This document shows positions 43,441 to 52,619 of a stretch of DNA of 64,000 nucleotides, one piece after another (position 1 is the first letter of the stretch; each line of letters begins with the position of its first letter). The translations under genes were made by a program, and so were the position numbers. The stretch lies in the NCBI GenBank assembly GCA_052389675.1, contig JBQTHR010000022.1, positions 2,891 to 66,890 of the forward strand. Reading direction: 5' to 3'. The stretch comes from Actinomycetota bacterium (lineage in GTDB: Bacteria; Actinomycetota; CADDZG01; JAHWKV01). The notes below the pieces were generated by a model, which made no database searches, was not told where the DNA came from, and worked only from the letters and a program-made list of their open reading frames with translations.

Positions 43441-46326
43441 ATGGCTGACATCGAGCGCTTTTTGGCCTCCGCTAGCGCGCCGGAAGCATCCGAACTCGAA
43501 CTGGATCCGGTAGCTGCCTGCGGCGTTGGGGCCGGTGGTGAGGTGCAGCCAGGCCACGCCCTTCGATACGACACCGAGGTGGATCTGGGCTACACCAACA
43601 CCTCGCAGTATCGCATCGTCATGATGACCGGCTGGAATAAAAGGGTCTTGGAGTTCGGTCCGGCCACCGGGGCCACCAGCAAGGTGCTCAAGGAGCGAGG
43701 GTGCCGGGTCACGGGGGTAGAAATCGACCCCCAGGCGGCGGCCTTAGCCTCCCAGCACTGCGAGCGGATGATTACCGGCAACGTTGAGGCGGTGGACCTG
43801 GATGCCGAACTGGGCAGCGAACGATTCGACGTCATCTTGTTCGCCGATGTGCTGGAACACCTTGCCGATCCGGCCCGTATCCTGCGCCGGGTGAAAGGCC
43901 TTCTGGCGCCCGGCGGCTACGTGTGCGCCTCGATTCCCAACGTCACCCACGGCAGCGTCCGGCTGGCTTTGCTGGCCGGGGCCTTCCCCTACTCGGAAGC
44001 CGGCTTGCTGGACAGGACCCATCTGCGCTTTTTCGACCGTAAGGGCGTGGGGGATTTGTTCGACCGCGCCGGGTACAGAGTCTGCTATTGGGATAACGTG
44101 GATGTCGATATTTTCTCGACCGAGATGAATCTCAACGCCCACGACTACCCGGTCAAGCTGGTGGAGGCGATCTGCTCCTCCGACGACTATCTCACCTACC
44201 AGTTCGTGGTCCGGGCCGACCCGCACCCCGACCTCAGCCTGGTATCCGCTGCTCCCGAAGACCTGGAGGTGGAACCGGTGCAATCGGCTATCCGGCGAAC
44301 CTTCAAACCGCTTTGGGACCAAGAGGTGCATGCCTGGGAGATGGAAGTCAAGGCGGAGGGGCTGCGCCGGACACTCAACCACATTCACGCCGACCTCAGC
44401 CACCATCTGGCCGAGGCCCGCAACCAACTGGGCAACGTCCAGCACGCCTACGACAACATCGTCAACCGAACCAACTACCAGCTGTGGCAGAGGTTCGTCG
44501 GCGTGATTGATCGGATTGCCCCGTGGGGCACCCGCCGGCGTCGGCTGGTGTTGCTACCCGGCTACGCAGTTCGGTTGCTGATGGAGAAGGGCCCGCTGGG
44601 CTTCGCCAAGCACGGCCTCAAGGTGTGGCGTTGGGGACCGAAGCTGCTGCGCCGGGAGATTGACCCGGGCTCGCTGTCGCCGGGCGACCGCTACGAGGCC
44701 TGGGAGAGGCTCTACGTGTTGTCGCCCGATCACGTGCGCAAGATGCTCAAACAGCTCAAGCAGCTTGACTACCAGCCGAAGGTCAGCATCGTGATGCCGG
44801 TTTACAACACCGAGCCGAAGTGGCTGGCCGCGGCTATCGACTCCGTGATGACCCAGGTGTACCCGAATTGGGAGTTGTGCATCGCTGACGACGGATCCAG
44901 CCGGGAGGACACCAGGGCAACTCTTGCCGGCTACGCTGCCCGTGACGAGCGGATCAAGTTAATGCTTTTGCCGATGAACCGGGGAATTGCCGCCGCCTCA
45001 TCGGCCGCCCTGGCACTGGCCACCGGCGAGTTCGTTGGCCTGCTGGATCACGACGACGAGTTGAAGCTCAACGCGCTCTATCAGGTGATCAAGCTGCTGA
45101 ACGAACAGCGGGACCTTGACTTCATCTACTCCGATCTGGACCATCGCAGTGAGGAAGGTGTTTTGAAGGACCCCTTTCGCAAGCCGGATTGGTCCCCGGA
45201 CCTTGTTACCTCGTGCAACTACGTAACTCACTTCAGCGTCTACCGGCGTTCAATTGTGGAGCAAGTGGGAGGTTTTCGCCCCGGATTCGACGGTAGCCAG
45301 GATTGGGACCTGGTCCTGCGGGTCACCGAGGCGAGCGAGCGAATCGGCCACATCCGGGCTGCGTTGTACACCTGGCGGCAGATCGCCTCCTCGGTGGCCC
45401 ACTCTGACGATCAAAAACCCTGGGCGCACGACGCCGCCAGGCGCGCCATTGCCGCCTCGCTGGTGCGCCGGGGTGTCGATGCAGCCGTTGAGGACGGGCC
45501 GTACCCCGGCTACTACCGGATCCGCTACGCGCTGTTGGGTACGCCGAAGGTCAGCATCGTGATCCCCACCCGTGACCGGCTGGACCTGCTTCAGCGCTGC
45601 GTGGAGAGCATCAGAAAACTTTCCACCTGGCCCAACTATGAGATCGTCGTAGTGGACAACGACTCCCAGGACGAGTCGACACTGGCTTATCTACAGAGCT
45701 ACGGAGGCCGGGTGGTCCGGCACCCGGGGGGCTTCAACTTCTCTTCGATCATCAACCACGGGGCGGCGGAGGCGGGTGGCGAGTACATCGTGCTGCTCAA
45801 TAACGACACCGTCGTGAAAGATCCGGGGTGGATAGAGGCGATGCTCGAACACGCTCAGCGGCCGGAGGTGGGTGTTGTAGGCGCCCGCTTGCTTTACCCG
45901 GACGGCCGGGCGCAACACGAGGGGGTAATCGTAGGGCCGGGCGATGGGCTGGCGGGCAATATCGATTACGAGAACTACTTCGGCCTCGGCCGGTGTATCC
46001 ACAACGCATCTGCGGTGACCGCCGCCTGCCTGATGACCCGCCGGGCGGTCTTCGAGGAACTGGGGGGCTTCGAGGAGGCGCTAACGGTGGCCTACAACGA
46101 TGTCGATTTCTGCCTCAGGGCCAGTGCAAAGGGATACCGCATTGTCTACACGCCCTATGCCGAACTGTGGCACCACGAGGCGGCCAGCCGGGGCCTGAAC
46201 AACGGCAGTCACCGGTCTCATCCATTGGGGGATGAGGACTTCTTCCGCGCCCGCTGGCAGGGCTACCGGGACCCGTTCGATCCGCCCAGCCTCAAGATGG
46301 ATCTACCGTTGATTCCGCAGATCTGA
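43441..46326 (+). CDS. trimodular protein: class I SAM methyltransferase + helical linker + two GT2 glycosyltransferase domains
   Basis: MTase motif I VLEFGPATG; GT2 domain 1 VSIVMPVYN...DDGSS...DHDDEL; GT2 domain 2 VSIVIPTRD...VVDNDS...LLNNDTVV. Confidence 0.8.
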   Translation: MADIERFLASASAPEASELELDPVAACGVGAGGEVQPGHALRYDTEVDLGYTNTSQYRIVMMTGWNKRVLEFGPATGATSKVLKERGCRVTGVEIDPQAAALASQHCERMITGNVEAVDLDAELGSERFDVILFADVLEHLADPARILRRVKGLLAPGGYVCASIPNVTHGSVRLALLAGAFPYSEAGLLDRTHLRFFDRKGVGDLFDRAGYRVCYWDNVDVDIFSTEMNLNAHDYPVKLVEAICSSDDYLTYQFVVRADPHPDLSLVSAAPEDLEVEPVQSAIRRTFKPLWDQEVHAWEMEVKAEGLRRTLNHIHADLSHHLAEARNQLGNVQHAYDNIVNRTNYQLWQRFVGVIDRIAPWGTRRRRLVLLPGYAVRLLMEKGPLGFAKHGLKVWRWGPKLLRREIDPGSLSPGDRYEAWERLYVLSPDHVRKMLKQLKQLDYQPKVSIVMPVYNTEPKWLAAAIDSVMTQVYPNWELCIADDGSSREDTRATLAGYAARDERIKLMLLPMNRGIAAASSAALALATGEFVGLLDHDDELKLNALYQVIKLLNEQRDLDFIYSDLDHRSEEGVLKDPFRKPDWSPDLVTSCNYVTHFSVYRRSIVEQVGGFRPGFDGSQDWDLVLRVTEASERIGHIRAALYTWRQIASSVAHSDDQKPWAHDAARRAIAASLVRRGVDAAVEDGPYPGYYRIRYALLGTPKVSIVIPTRDRLDLLQRCVESIRKLSTWPNYEIVVVDNDSQDESTLAYLQSYGGRVVRHPGGFNFSSIINHGAAEAGGEYIVLLNNDTVVKDPGWIEAMLEHAQRPEVGVVGARLLYPDGRAQHEGVIVGPGDGLAGNIDYENYFGLGRCIHNASAVTAACLMTRRAVFEELGGFEEALTVAYNDVDFCLRASAKGYRIVYTPYAELWHHEAASRGLNNGSHRSHPLGDEDFFRARWQGYRDPFDPPSLKMDLPLIPQI

Positions 46327-46351
46327 ACCGGGGGCCGCGCCGCCAACTCCG

Positions 46352-47527
46352 ATGGGAATGGAAGAGGACTTTATTAGGCTGCCCACCGTGGGCGAACGTA
46401 CCGGCGACGTCCAGTACGTCTTGGCCTTTCCTTCGCCTGGCCAGCACATCGAGGGAGCCTTCGTGCCGGTGCGGGGTTGGGTCTTCCACCCGGACGGAGT
46501 TGAACAGATCCAGGCACGCACCGGGCGCGCAGTGGCTCCGGTGATGCAGCGCTTCCGGCGCGACGATGTCTCGGCGGCCCTTCTGGGTCATCCCCGCGGC
46601 TATCACACCGGGTTCTACCTGGAGGTGGACCGGTCGATCTGGAGCGGCTCGTGCGAGCTTTGGATCCAAACGACCCTGGGCGAGTGGGTCAAATTCAAGG
46701 ACCTCGACGTAACGCTCAAAGACGATGTCTTCGAGCGGGCTCAGGAGAACCTCCTCTCAGTGCTGGTCTGTGCCACCTGCCACTTTCCTTTGGCCCGGGG
46801 CCAGAGCAGATGCGAGTCCTGCAGCCGCCCTGTGGAATGGCTGGGCGAGGTTCCGAGCTTCCTCGGAGCCGTGGCCAGCCCGGTGGCCCGGGGTGACGAC
46901 GTCAGCCGACACGAGATTATGGAGGAAGTTGTGCCCTCCTACTTCGAACTTGACAGCGGGGGAATGTTCCTGGATGCCGGCGCCGGCTGGCCTCCCCTAA
47001 GCCATCCGCGGGTGATCCAACTGGAGATTGAGCGATTCCCATCGACCAACGTGGTGGCCGACGGGGCTCAGTTGCCCTTTCGGGAGGCAACCTTCGACGG
47101 TATCATCAGCCATGCGGTGATGGAGCACGTAAAGGATCCGTTCGGTTACGCCAAAGAGCTGATCAGGGTGCTCAAGCCGGGCAGCCGGGTGCTGTGCCAC
47201 TCGGCGTTTCTCCAACCGCTGCACGGCTACCCGCACCATTACTTCAACACCTCCCTTGAAGGCCTTAAGACCTTGTTCAAGGGAGTGAAGATCATCGAGG
47301 AAGGAGTGGCACCGTTCCAGCAGCCCTGGCTGACGCTTGAATGGGTGCTGCGCTCCTACGTAGCTGGTTTCACGGACGAGCAGCAGAGGGAAAAGTTTAA
47401 GAAAACGCGCATCGTGGACCTTCTGGGTGACATGGACCAGCATCGGCCGCTACGCCAGTTTCAGCAACTGCGGCCGCAAAGCGTTGCAGAGTTGGCTGCC
47501 GGTGTGTACATCCTGGGCGAGCGGTGA
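46352..47527 (+). CDS. SAM-dependent methyltransferase with CxxC...CxxC zinc ribbon
   Basis: CATCHF...CESCSRP; Methyltransf_11-like DAGAGW...ADGAQLPF...FDGIISHAVMEH. Confidence 0.65.
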   Translation: MGMEEDFIRLPTVGERTGDVQYVLAFPSPGQHIEGAFVPVRGWVFHPDGVEQIQARTGRAVAPVMQRFRRDDVSAALLGHPRGYHTGFYLEVDRSIWSGSCELWIQTTLGEWVKFKDLDVTLKDDVFERAQENLLSVLVCATCHFPLARGQSRCESCSRPVEWLGEVPSFLGAVASPVARGDDVSRHEIMEEVVPSYFELDSGGMFLDAGAGWPPLSHPRVIQLEIERFPSTNVVADGAQLPFREATFDGIISHAVMEHVKDPFGYAKELIRVLKPGSRVLCHSAFLQPLHGYPHHYFNTSLEGLKTLFKGVKIIEEGVAPFQQPWLTLEWVLRSYVAGFTDEQQREKFKKTRIVDLLGDMDQHRPLRQFQQLRPQSVAELAAGVYILGER

Positions 47528-47554
47528 GCAGGCCTGGTCCAAGGGGTGCCGGTC

Positions 47555-48463
47555 CTAGCCGGCCACCTTTCGGCGCGATCCGGCCGCGTTATAGCCAGGG
47601 TCCGGGAAATCGTTCCTGCGGCGGGCCACCACCACGATGACCGAGCAGCACAACGCCCCGATAACCGGTGTGCGCTCAACCACGGGCTCAACCATTTTCA
47701 TCGCCCTGGCGATGGGATCTGGCGCGAACATGGGCACGAACCCCCCAAAGCGTGCGCCGGCAACTTCGCCCCCTGCCGAGCGGATCCAGCGGAACAGCCG
47801 GCGGGTGGAGTAGGAACGCTCGCTGTGCTCCCGGTGGTATTGGGAAACTTTCTCAATTATCTTCAGACCCAGATTGTTGCCGTTGGGTTCCAGGATTACC
47901 ACTTCGGGAGCCACTCGCAGCGCTTCCTGGATAGTGGTCCAGGGCTTGTCGTCGTGGTGCAAGACGCCCTGAATCATAGCGATGTCGAAGCTGTTGTCGG
48001 CCCATGGTAGGGCATGGCCGCTGCCCTCAGTAAACTCCATGTTGCGTTCTAAAGCCTTACTTGCTGCCACTGCTACGGCGTTGGGGGCCGGGTCGAGGCC
48101 CCTCATGCTTGCCGGGCGGTCAAGGTCGTAGAAGCGCCGAGTGAAGTGGCCGTCGCCGCATCCGATGTCAGCCACCCGCTTGCCCTGCATCGACACCGAC
48201 CGAAGGATCAAGCGCTCGAGATTCGCCGTTGCTAAGCGACTGCTCAGCTTGTCCGTGGTGGTGTAGATGTAGCCGTCGCCTCCGGCAGCGTCCCGGTCGA
48301 AGGCCGCGACTTCATTTTTCAGATTAGCGTCATCCAAGGGACTTGTGCTCCGGGGTCGGGACTGGCTTGCAAACTCCGGCAATCCTAAACGGTCAGCTGT
48401 AGCGCTCGTGGAGTTTGGGGTGCCGTTCGAACCAGAAGGCCAGCCGATCCAAGCCCTGCTCAA
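47555..48463 (-). CDS. class I SAM-dependent methyltransferase
   Basis: Motif I VADIGCGDGHF, motif II/III downstream; true start likely internal. Confidence 0.7.
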   Translation of the reverse strand: MSRAWIGWPSGSNGTPNSTSATADRLGLPEFASQSRPRSTSPLDDANLKNEVAAFDRDAAGGDGYIYTTTDKLSSRLATANLERLILRSVSMQGKRVADIGCGDGHFTRRFYDLDRPASMRGLDPAPNAVAVAASKALERNMEFTEGSGHALPWADNSFDIAMIQGVLHHDDKPWTTIQEALRVAPEVVILEPNGNNLGLKIIEKVSQYHREHSERSYSTRRLFRWIRSAGGEVAGARFGGFVPMFAPDPIARAMKMVEPVVERTPVIGALCCSVIVVVARRRNDFPDPGYNAAGSRRKVAG

Positions 48464-49337
48464 GCGAAACCTGCGGGGACCAGCCCAACTCGGTAGTGAT
48501 CTTGCGGTTGTTGCTCACCCACGTGTCGGTGTCCCAGCTGCGGGGAGCCATCGTTGCCCAGGCGGGCTCTTCTGCGATGTTCAAGCGCCGGCGAACCAAC
48601 TCGACGATTTGCGCCATCGTGGTCTGCACGCCGCTCCCCACGTTGTAGACGGGGCCGGTCTGGCCGGTACTGGAGCCGGCGGCAAGCAGGTAGGCGTCAC
48701 AGACGTCGTCGATATGGACGAAGTCCCGGGCAGTCGACGGGTTAACCAGCGGCGGCAGTTTCCCGCGAAGCCCGCAAAACACCAGTGTGGGTACCAGGCG
48801 GCCGGGCTCCTCATAAGGTCCGTAGACCGAGTACAAACGCAAAGTTGGGATGCGAATGTCGTAGCGGGAGGCGGTGAAACTGCAGTAGTGGGTGGCCGCT
48901 GCTTTCGTCCAAGCGTAGTGGCTGTTGGGTTCGAGGGACTCGTTTTCGGCGGGGGGATGGTCCTTGTGACCGTACTCGGACGATGAGCCGGTGTTTACGA
49001 AGACCTGGGCGCCGGCAGCGATCGCCGCTTCCAGCAGGTTGATTGCTCCGTTGAGGTTTGCCCGCACCATGCTTCGCAGATCTGTCTGGCCAGGATAGGC
49101 TCCGTAAGTAGCCAGGTGGAACACCCAGTTGGGCCGGATACCGTTTATTGCTCGTTCGACGGAGTCCTGATCGCCCAGATCGGCCACCACCCGGACTGCC
49201 TCGGGCACCAGGTCCAGCCGCCAGCGCCGGGCGCCTGGGCGCAGGAGCAGGAAGACCTCGTGACCTTCGTCGATCAGGCGACGGGTCAGGTTGGCACCCA
49301 CGAAGCCTGATCCTCCACTGAGCGCTACCCGGGTCAA
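48393..49337 (-). CDS. NAD-dependent sugar epimerase/dehydratase (SDR family)
   Basis: GGSGFVGANLTRRL Rossmann motif; YxxxK region; TTG start preceded by GGGGAGGA RBS. Confidence 0.8.
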   Translation of the reverse strand: MTRVALSGGSGFVGANLTRRLIDEGHEVFLLLRPGARRWRLDLVPEAVRVVADLGDQDSVERAINGIRPNWVFHLATYGAYPGQTDLRSMVRANLNGAINLLEAAIAAGAQVFVNTGSSSEYGHKDHPPAENESLEPNSHYAWTKAAATHYCSFTASRYDIRIPTLRLYSVYGPYEEPGRLVPTLVFCGLRGKLPPLVNPSTARDFVHIDDVCDAYLLAAGSSTGQTGPVYNVGSGVQTTMAQIVELVRRRLNIAEEPAWATMAPRSWDTDTWVSNNRKITTELGWSPQVSLEQGLDRLAFWFERHPKLHERYS

Positions 49338-49402
49338 CTCGGTCCTCCCCAACCCGACCGCACTAGAATGAGCCCATCTTTGGACGGCAGGGGAGTTGGG
49401 TA

Positions 49403-50305
49403 ATGGGTGAGCGCGTCGCCGCACGGCTTTGCGACCCGCAGGCGCAGATGCGGGTTGGCGTGATGGGCGGTGGGGGAGAGTTTGCTCATGCGCCCAAGCC
49501 TAGCTTTGACGGCAATCCCGGGCTGATGGCTCACCGGATCAGGCAGGGCATTGTTGAGCAATCGCACCGGGCCCACGTGGGGCACATCGGCTCGGCATTG
49601 TCCGTGGCGGATACGATCGCAGCACTCTACTGCGGTGGGATGAACATTGCCGACCCGGCGCATCCCGACCGTGACCGGTTCGTGCTCTCCAAAGGCCACG
49701 CGTGCTTGGCCTTGTACTGCGCCCTCAACCTCAAGGGCTGGCTTAGCGACGATCAACTCAACGGCTATTGTGGCGACGGCAGCTTGTTGGGTGTTCACCC
49801 GGAGCGGGACCTTTTCGGTGTGGACTTCACCACTGGATCGCTCGGCCATGGGCTGGCGCTGGGCTGCGGGGCGGCTCTGGCGGCCCGGCTTCAGGGCTCT
49901 GCCCGCCGGGTGTTCGTTTTGCTGAGCGACGCCGAGTGCAACGAGGGGTCGGTGTGGGAATCGGCCATGTTTGCCGGGCACCGGCAGCTCGGCAACCTGG
50001 TGGCGCTGGTCGACCTCAACGGCCAGCAGGCCTTGGGCTACACGAAGGACGTTGTCGATCTGTCGTCCATGGGAGGGCTCTGGCGAGGTTTCGGATGGCA
50101 GGTCCATGATGTTGACGGGCACGATTGCCCGGGTATGGTGGCCACTCTCAGTAGCCTGAAGGGCAGCCGCCCGCATGTTTTGATCGCCCGCACCACGTTC
50201 GGCAAGGGCGTGTCGTTCATGCAGGGCCAGATCAGGTGGCACTACTTACCGATGTCGCAGGAGCAGTACCTCGCAGCAATGGATGAGTTGGGATCCGCTC
50301 CTTGA
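49403..50305 (+). CDS. transketolase, N-terminal (TPP-binding) subunit of split enzyme
   Basis: GHIGSALSVADTIAALY...SKGHACLALY...GSLGHGL. Confidence 0.85.
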   Translation: MGERVAARLCDPQAQMRVGVMGGGGEFAHAPKPSFDGNPGLMAHRIRQGIVEQSHRAHVGHIGSALSVADTIAALYCGGMNIADPAHPDRDRFVLSKGHACLALYCALNLKGWLSDDQLNGYCGDGSLLGVHPERDLFGVDFTTGSLGHGLALGCGAALAARLQGSARRVFVLLSDAECNEGSVWESAMFAGHRQLGNLVALVDLNGQQALGYTKDVVDLSSMGGLWRGFGWQVHDVDGHDCPGMVATLSSLKGSRPHVLIARTTFGKGVSFMQGQIRWHYLPMSQEQYLAAMDELGSAP

Positions 50306-51384
50306 GGAAGGCCTTCATCGGGAAGCTGGTGGAGATTGCCCGGAACGACCCGCGGATCGTGCTGATGACCGGAGACCTGGGATTCACCGTCGTCGAGCCG
50401 TTCGCCGAGGAGTTCCCGGATCGCTTCTTCAACGTCGGCGTGGCGGAACAGAACATGGTGGGAATGGCCACCGGCCTGGCGGAGGCCGGGTTCATTCCGT
50501 ACGTATACTCGATTGTCACCTTCGCCAGCCTGCGGCCCTACGAGTTCATCCGCAACGGCCCGGTGGCCCACCGCCTGCCGGTCCGCGTGTTGGGGATCGG
50601 AGGCGGATTTGATTACGGGACCGCCGGAATAACCCACTACGGGCTGGAGGACCTGGGGGTTATGCGAATCCAGCCCGGCTTGACGGTCATAGTGCCAGCC
50701 GACCATCGGCAGGCGGCAGCGGCACTGGCCGCTACCCACAACTCGTCCGGCCCGATCTACTTTCGCATCGGAAAGGAGGAGTCGGGCACGGTTCCCGGCC
50801 TTGAGGGCGCTTTCCGGCTCGGGCACACCGAGCGGATCCGCCGGGGAATGGACCTGTTGATCGTGTGTGCCGGGAGCGTTACCACGGCTGCGGTTGCTGC
50901 CGCAGAGGAGCTGGCCGCTCACGGGGTTCACGTCCAGGTGGAGGTGGTCTCGTCGTTCAACCCAGGGCCGGTTGAGGATCTAGGCATCGCGCTCAGCGAG
51001 TTTGCCGTGGTTATGACCGTGGAGGCCCACTATGTTGTCGGGGGCCTGGGGTCAATGGTCGCCGAGGTGATCGCTGAGGGCGGCTTCGGCTGCCGGCTGG
51101 TGCGCTGCGGGGTCAGGCGCACGCCGACGGGAGCCGTTGGGAGCACTAGTTACATGGATGACCTTTACGGCCTATCGCCACAGGCGCTCGTGACCTGTGC
51201 ACTCGGTGCACTGGAGGTGCGATCCGTATCCAGCCATCCGGCCCGGCTGGATGAACCTGCCCAAGATGCCCTTGAGCTAAGCTTGCGCGGGCACAATGGC
51301 GCGCTCAGAGCCATCGATGCACAAGACCCTTCGCGGGGACAGACCTCTCCCGGGGGGATCCGGGGGCACCGGAGCGCGAACTAG
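50302..51384 (+). CDS. transketolase, C-terminal (pyrimidine-binding) subunit
   Basis: FNVGVAEQNMVGMATGLA...; ATGA-overlap with N-subunit gene. Confidence 0.85.
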   Translation: MRKAFIGKLVEIARNDPRIVLMTGDLGFTVVEPFAEEFPDRFFNVGVAEQNMVGMATGLAEAGFIPYVYSIVTFASLRPYEFIRNGPVAHRLPVRVLGIGGGFDYGTAGITHYGLEDLGVMRIQPGLTVIVPADHRQAAAALAATHNSSGPIYFRIGKEESGTVPGLEGAFRLGHTERIRRGMDLLIVCAGSVTTAAVAAAEELAAHGVHVQVEVVSSFNPGPVEDLGIALSEFAVVMTVEAHYVVGGLGSMVAEVIAEGGFGCRLVRCGVRRTPTGAVGSTSYMDDLYGLSPQALVTCALGALEVRSVSSHPARLDEPAQDALELSLRGHNGALRAIDAQDPSRGQTSPGGIRGHRSAN

Positions 51385-51399
51385 TGGCCCGTCTCGCAG

Positions 51400-52437
51400 A
51401 TGCCGTTGCCTAGAACCATGGAACAAGCGCCCAACCGCCGGATCAGCGCGGTCATCGCCTGCTACCGGGATGCCCCGGCGGTTCCTTCGATGCACGAGCG
51501 CCTCACCGCGGTCTTCGGCAAGCTGGGGGTCGACTACGAGATTATCTTCGTTAACGACGCCAGCCCGGACAATGCCCGCGAGGTGCTGGCCGAGTTGGCC
51601 GGCCGGGATCCCCACGTCACGGTGATAAACCACTCCCGCAACTTCGGTTCGCAAAGCGCATTCACCAGCGGCATGCGCTCGGCCACCGGCGACGGGGTGG
51701 TCTTACTCGACGGCGATCTGCAGGACCCGCCCGAGGTTATCGAACAGTTCTACGAGAAGTGGCTGGAGGGCTACGACGTCGTCTATGGAGTGCGGGTCAA
51801 GCGGGAGGCCACCAGGTTCCTGCAGATTGCCTATATGGCTTTCTACCGGCTGTTCCGCAAAGCCTCTTACGTGTCGATCCCGGCGGACGCGGGAGACTTT
51901 TCACTCATCGATCGCAGGGTGGTTGATGCTATGAACCAACTCCCGGAAACCAACCGGTTTTTGCGGGGGTTGCGGGCATGGGTGGGCTTCAAACAAGCCG
52001 GCGTCAGCTACGTCCGGCCGGAGAGGGCCTTCGGTGAGACCACGAACTCGCTGATCAGCAATCTGGGCTGGGCTCGAAAAGCGATCCTGTCGTTCTCCTA
52101 CGCACCGCTAGATTTGATCACGGTCCTTGCGGTTGTGGTGACCGCTTTGGCGGCGGTGTTAATAGTCTTCCAGATCCTCGCCCGGATCCTCTCGCCTGAA
52201 CTGGTGCCCAGCGGGTTCACCACGTTGATAGTGCTGATCCTGTTCATGGGTGGAATCCAGTTGCTTTGCCTGAGCATCATCGGTTCCTATCTGGCGCACC
52301 TGTACGATGAGGTAAAGGGGCGGCCGCCCTATATCCAGGAAAGCGTGCTCAATCCGCCGACCGCCCGCTCGCCCAATCGGGTAGCCGGCGACGAGGCTGC
52401 GGGCGTGAACCTCAAGGGTGCCCCCGAGGGCGGTTGA
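51400..52437 (+). CDS. polyprenyl-phosphate glycosyltransferase (GT2, DPM1/GtrB/ArnC-like) with C-terminal TM helices
   Basis: IIFVNDASPDN...LDGDLQDPP motif; two C-terminal hydrophobic helices. Confidence 0.8.
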   Translation: MPLPRTMEQAPNRRISAVIACYRDAPAVPSMHERLTAVFGKLGVDYEIIFVNDASPDNAREVLAELAGRDPHVTVINHSRNFGSQSAFTSGMRSATGDGVVLLDGDLQDPPEVIEQFYEKWLEGYDVVYGVRVKREATRFLQIAYMAFYRLFRKASYVSIPADAGDFSLIDRRVVDAMNQLPETNRFLRGLRAWVGFKQAGVSYVRPERAFGETTNSLISNLGWARKAILSFSYAPLDLITVLAVVVTALAAVLIVFQILARILSPELVPSGFTTLIVLILFMGGIQLLCLSIIGSYLAHLYDEVKGRPPYIQESVLNPPTARSPNRVAGDEAAGVNLKGAPEGG

Positions 52438-52619
52438 GGGACGACCTCGGGCCCGCCCGGCGCTGAGAAGTCAGGCGGTCCGGCGAACCGGTCCGGTATG
52501 CTTGAGTCTGGAGAGCCGGGAAGTCTGGTCGGCAGCGCTTCTTCCGTATTACTGGAGGTCCCTGCCATTTCCACTTTCGCCATCGATCTTTCCTGCCTCG
52601 CGATGCCGGGCCTGTTGCG

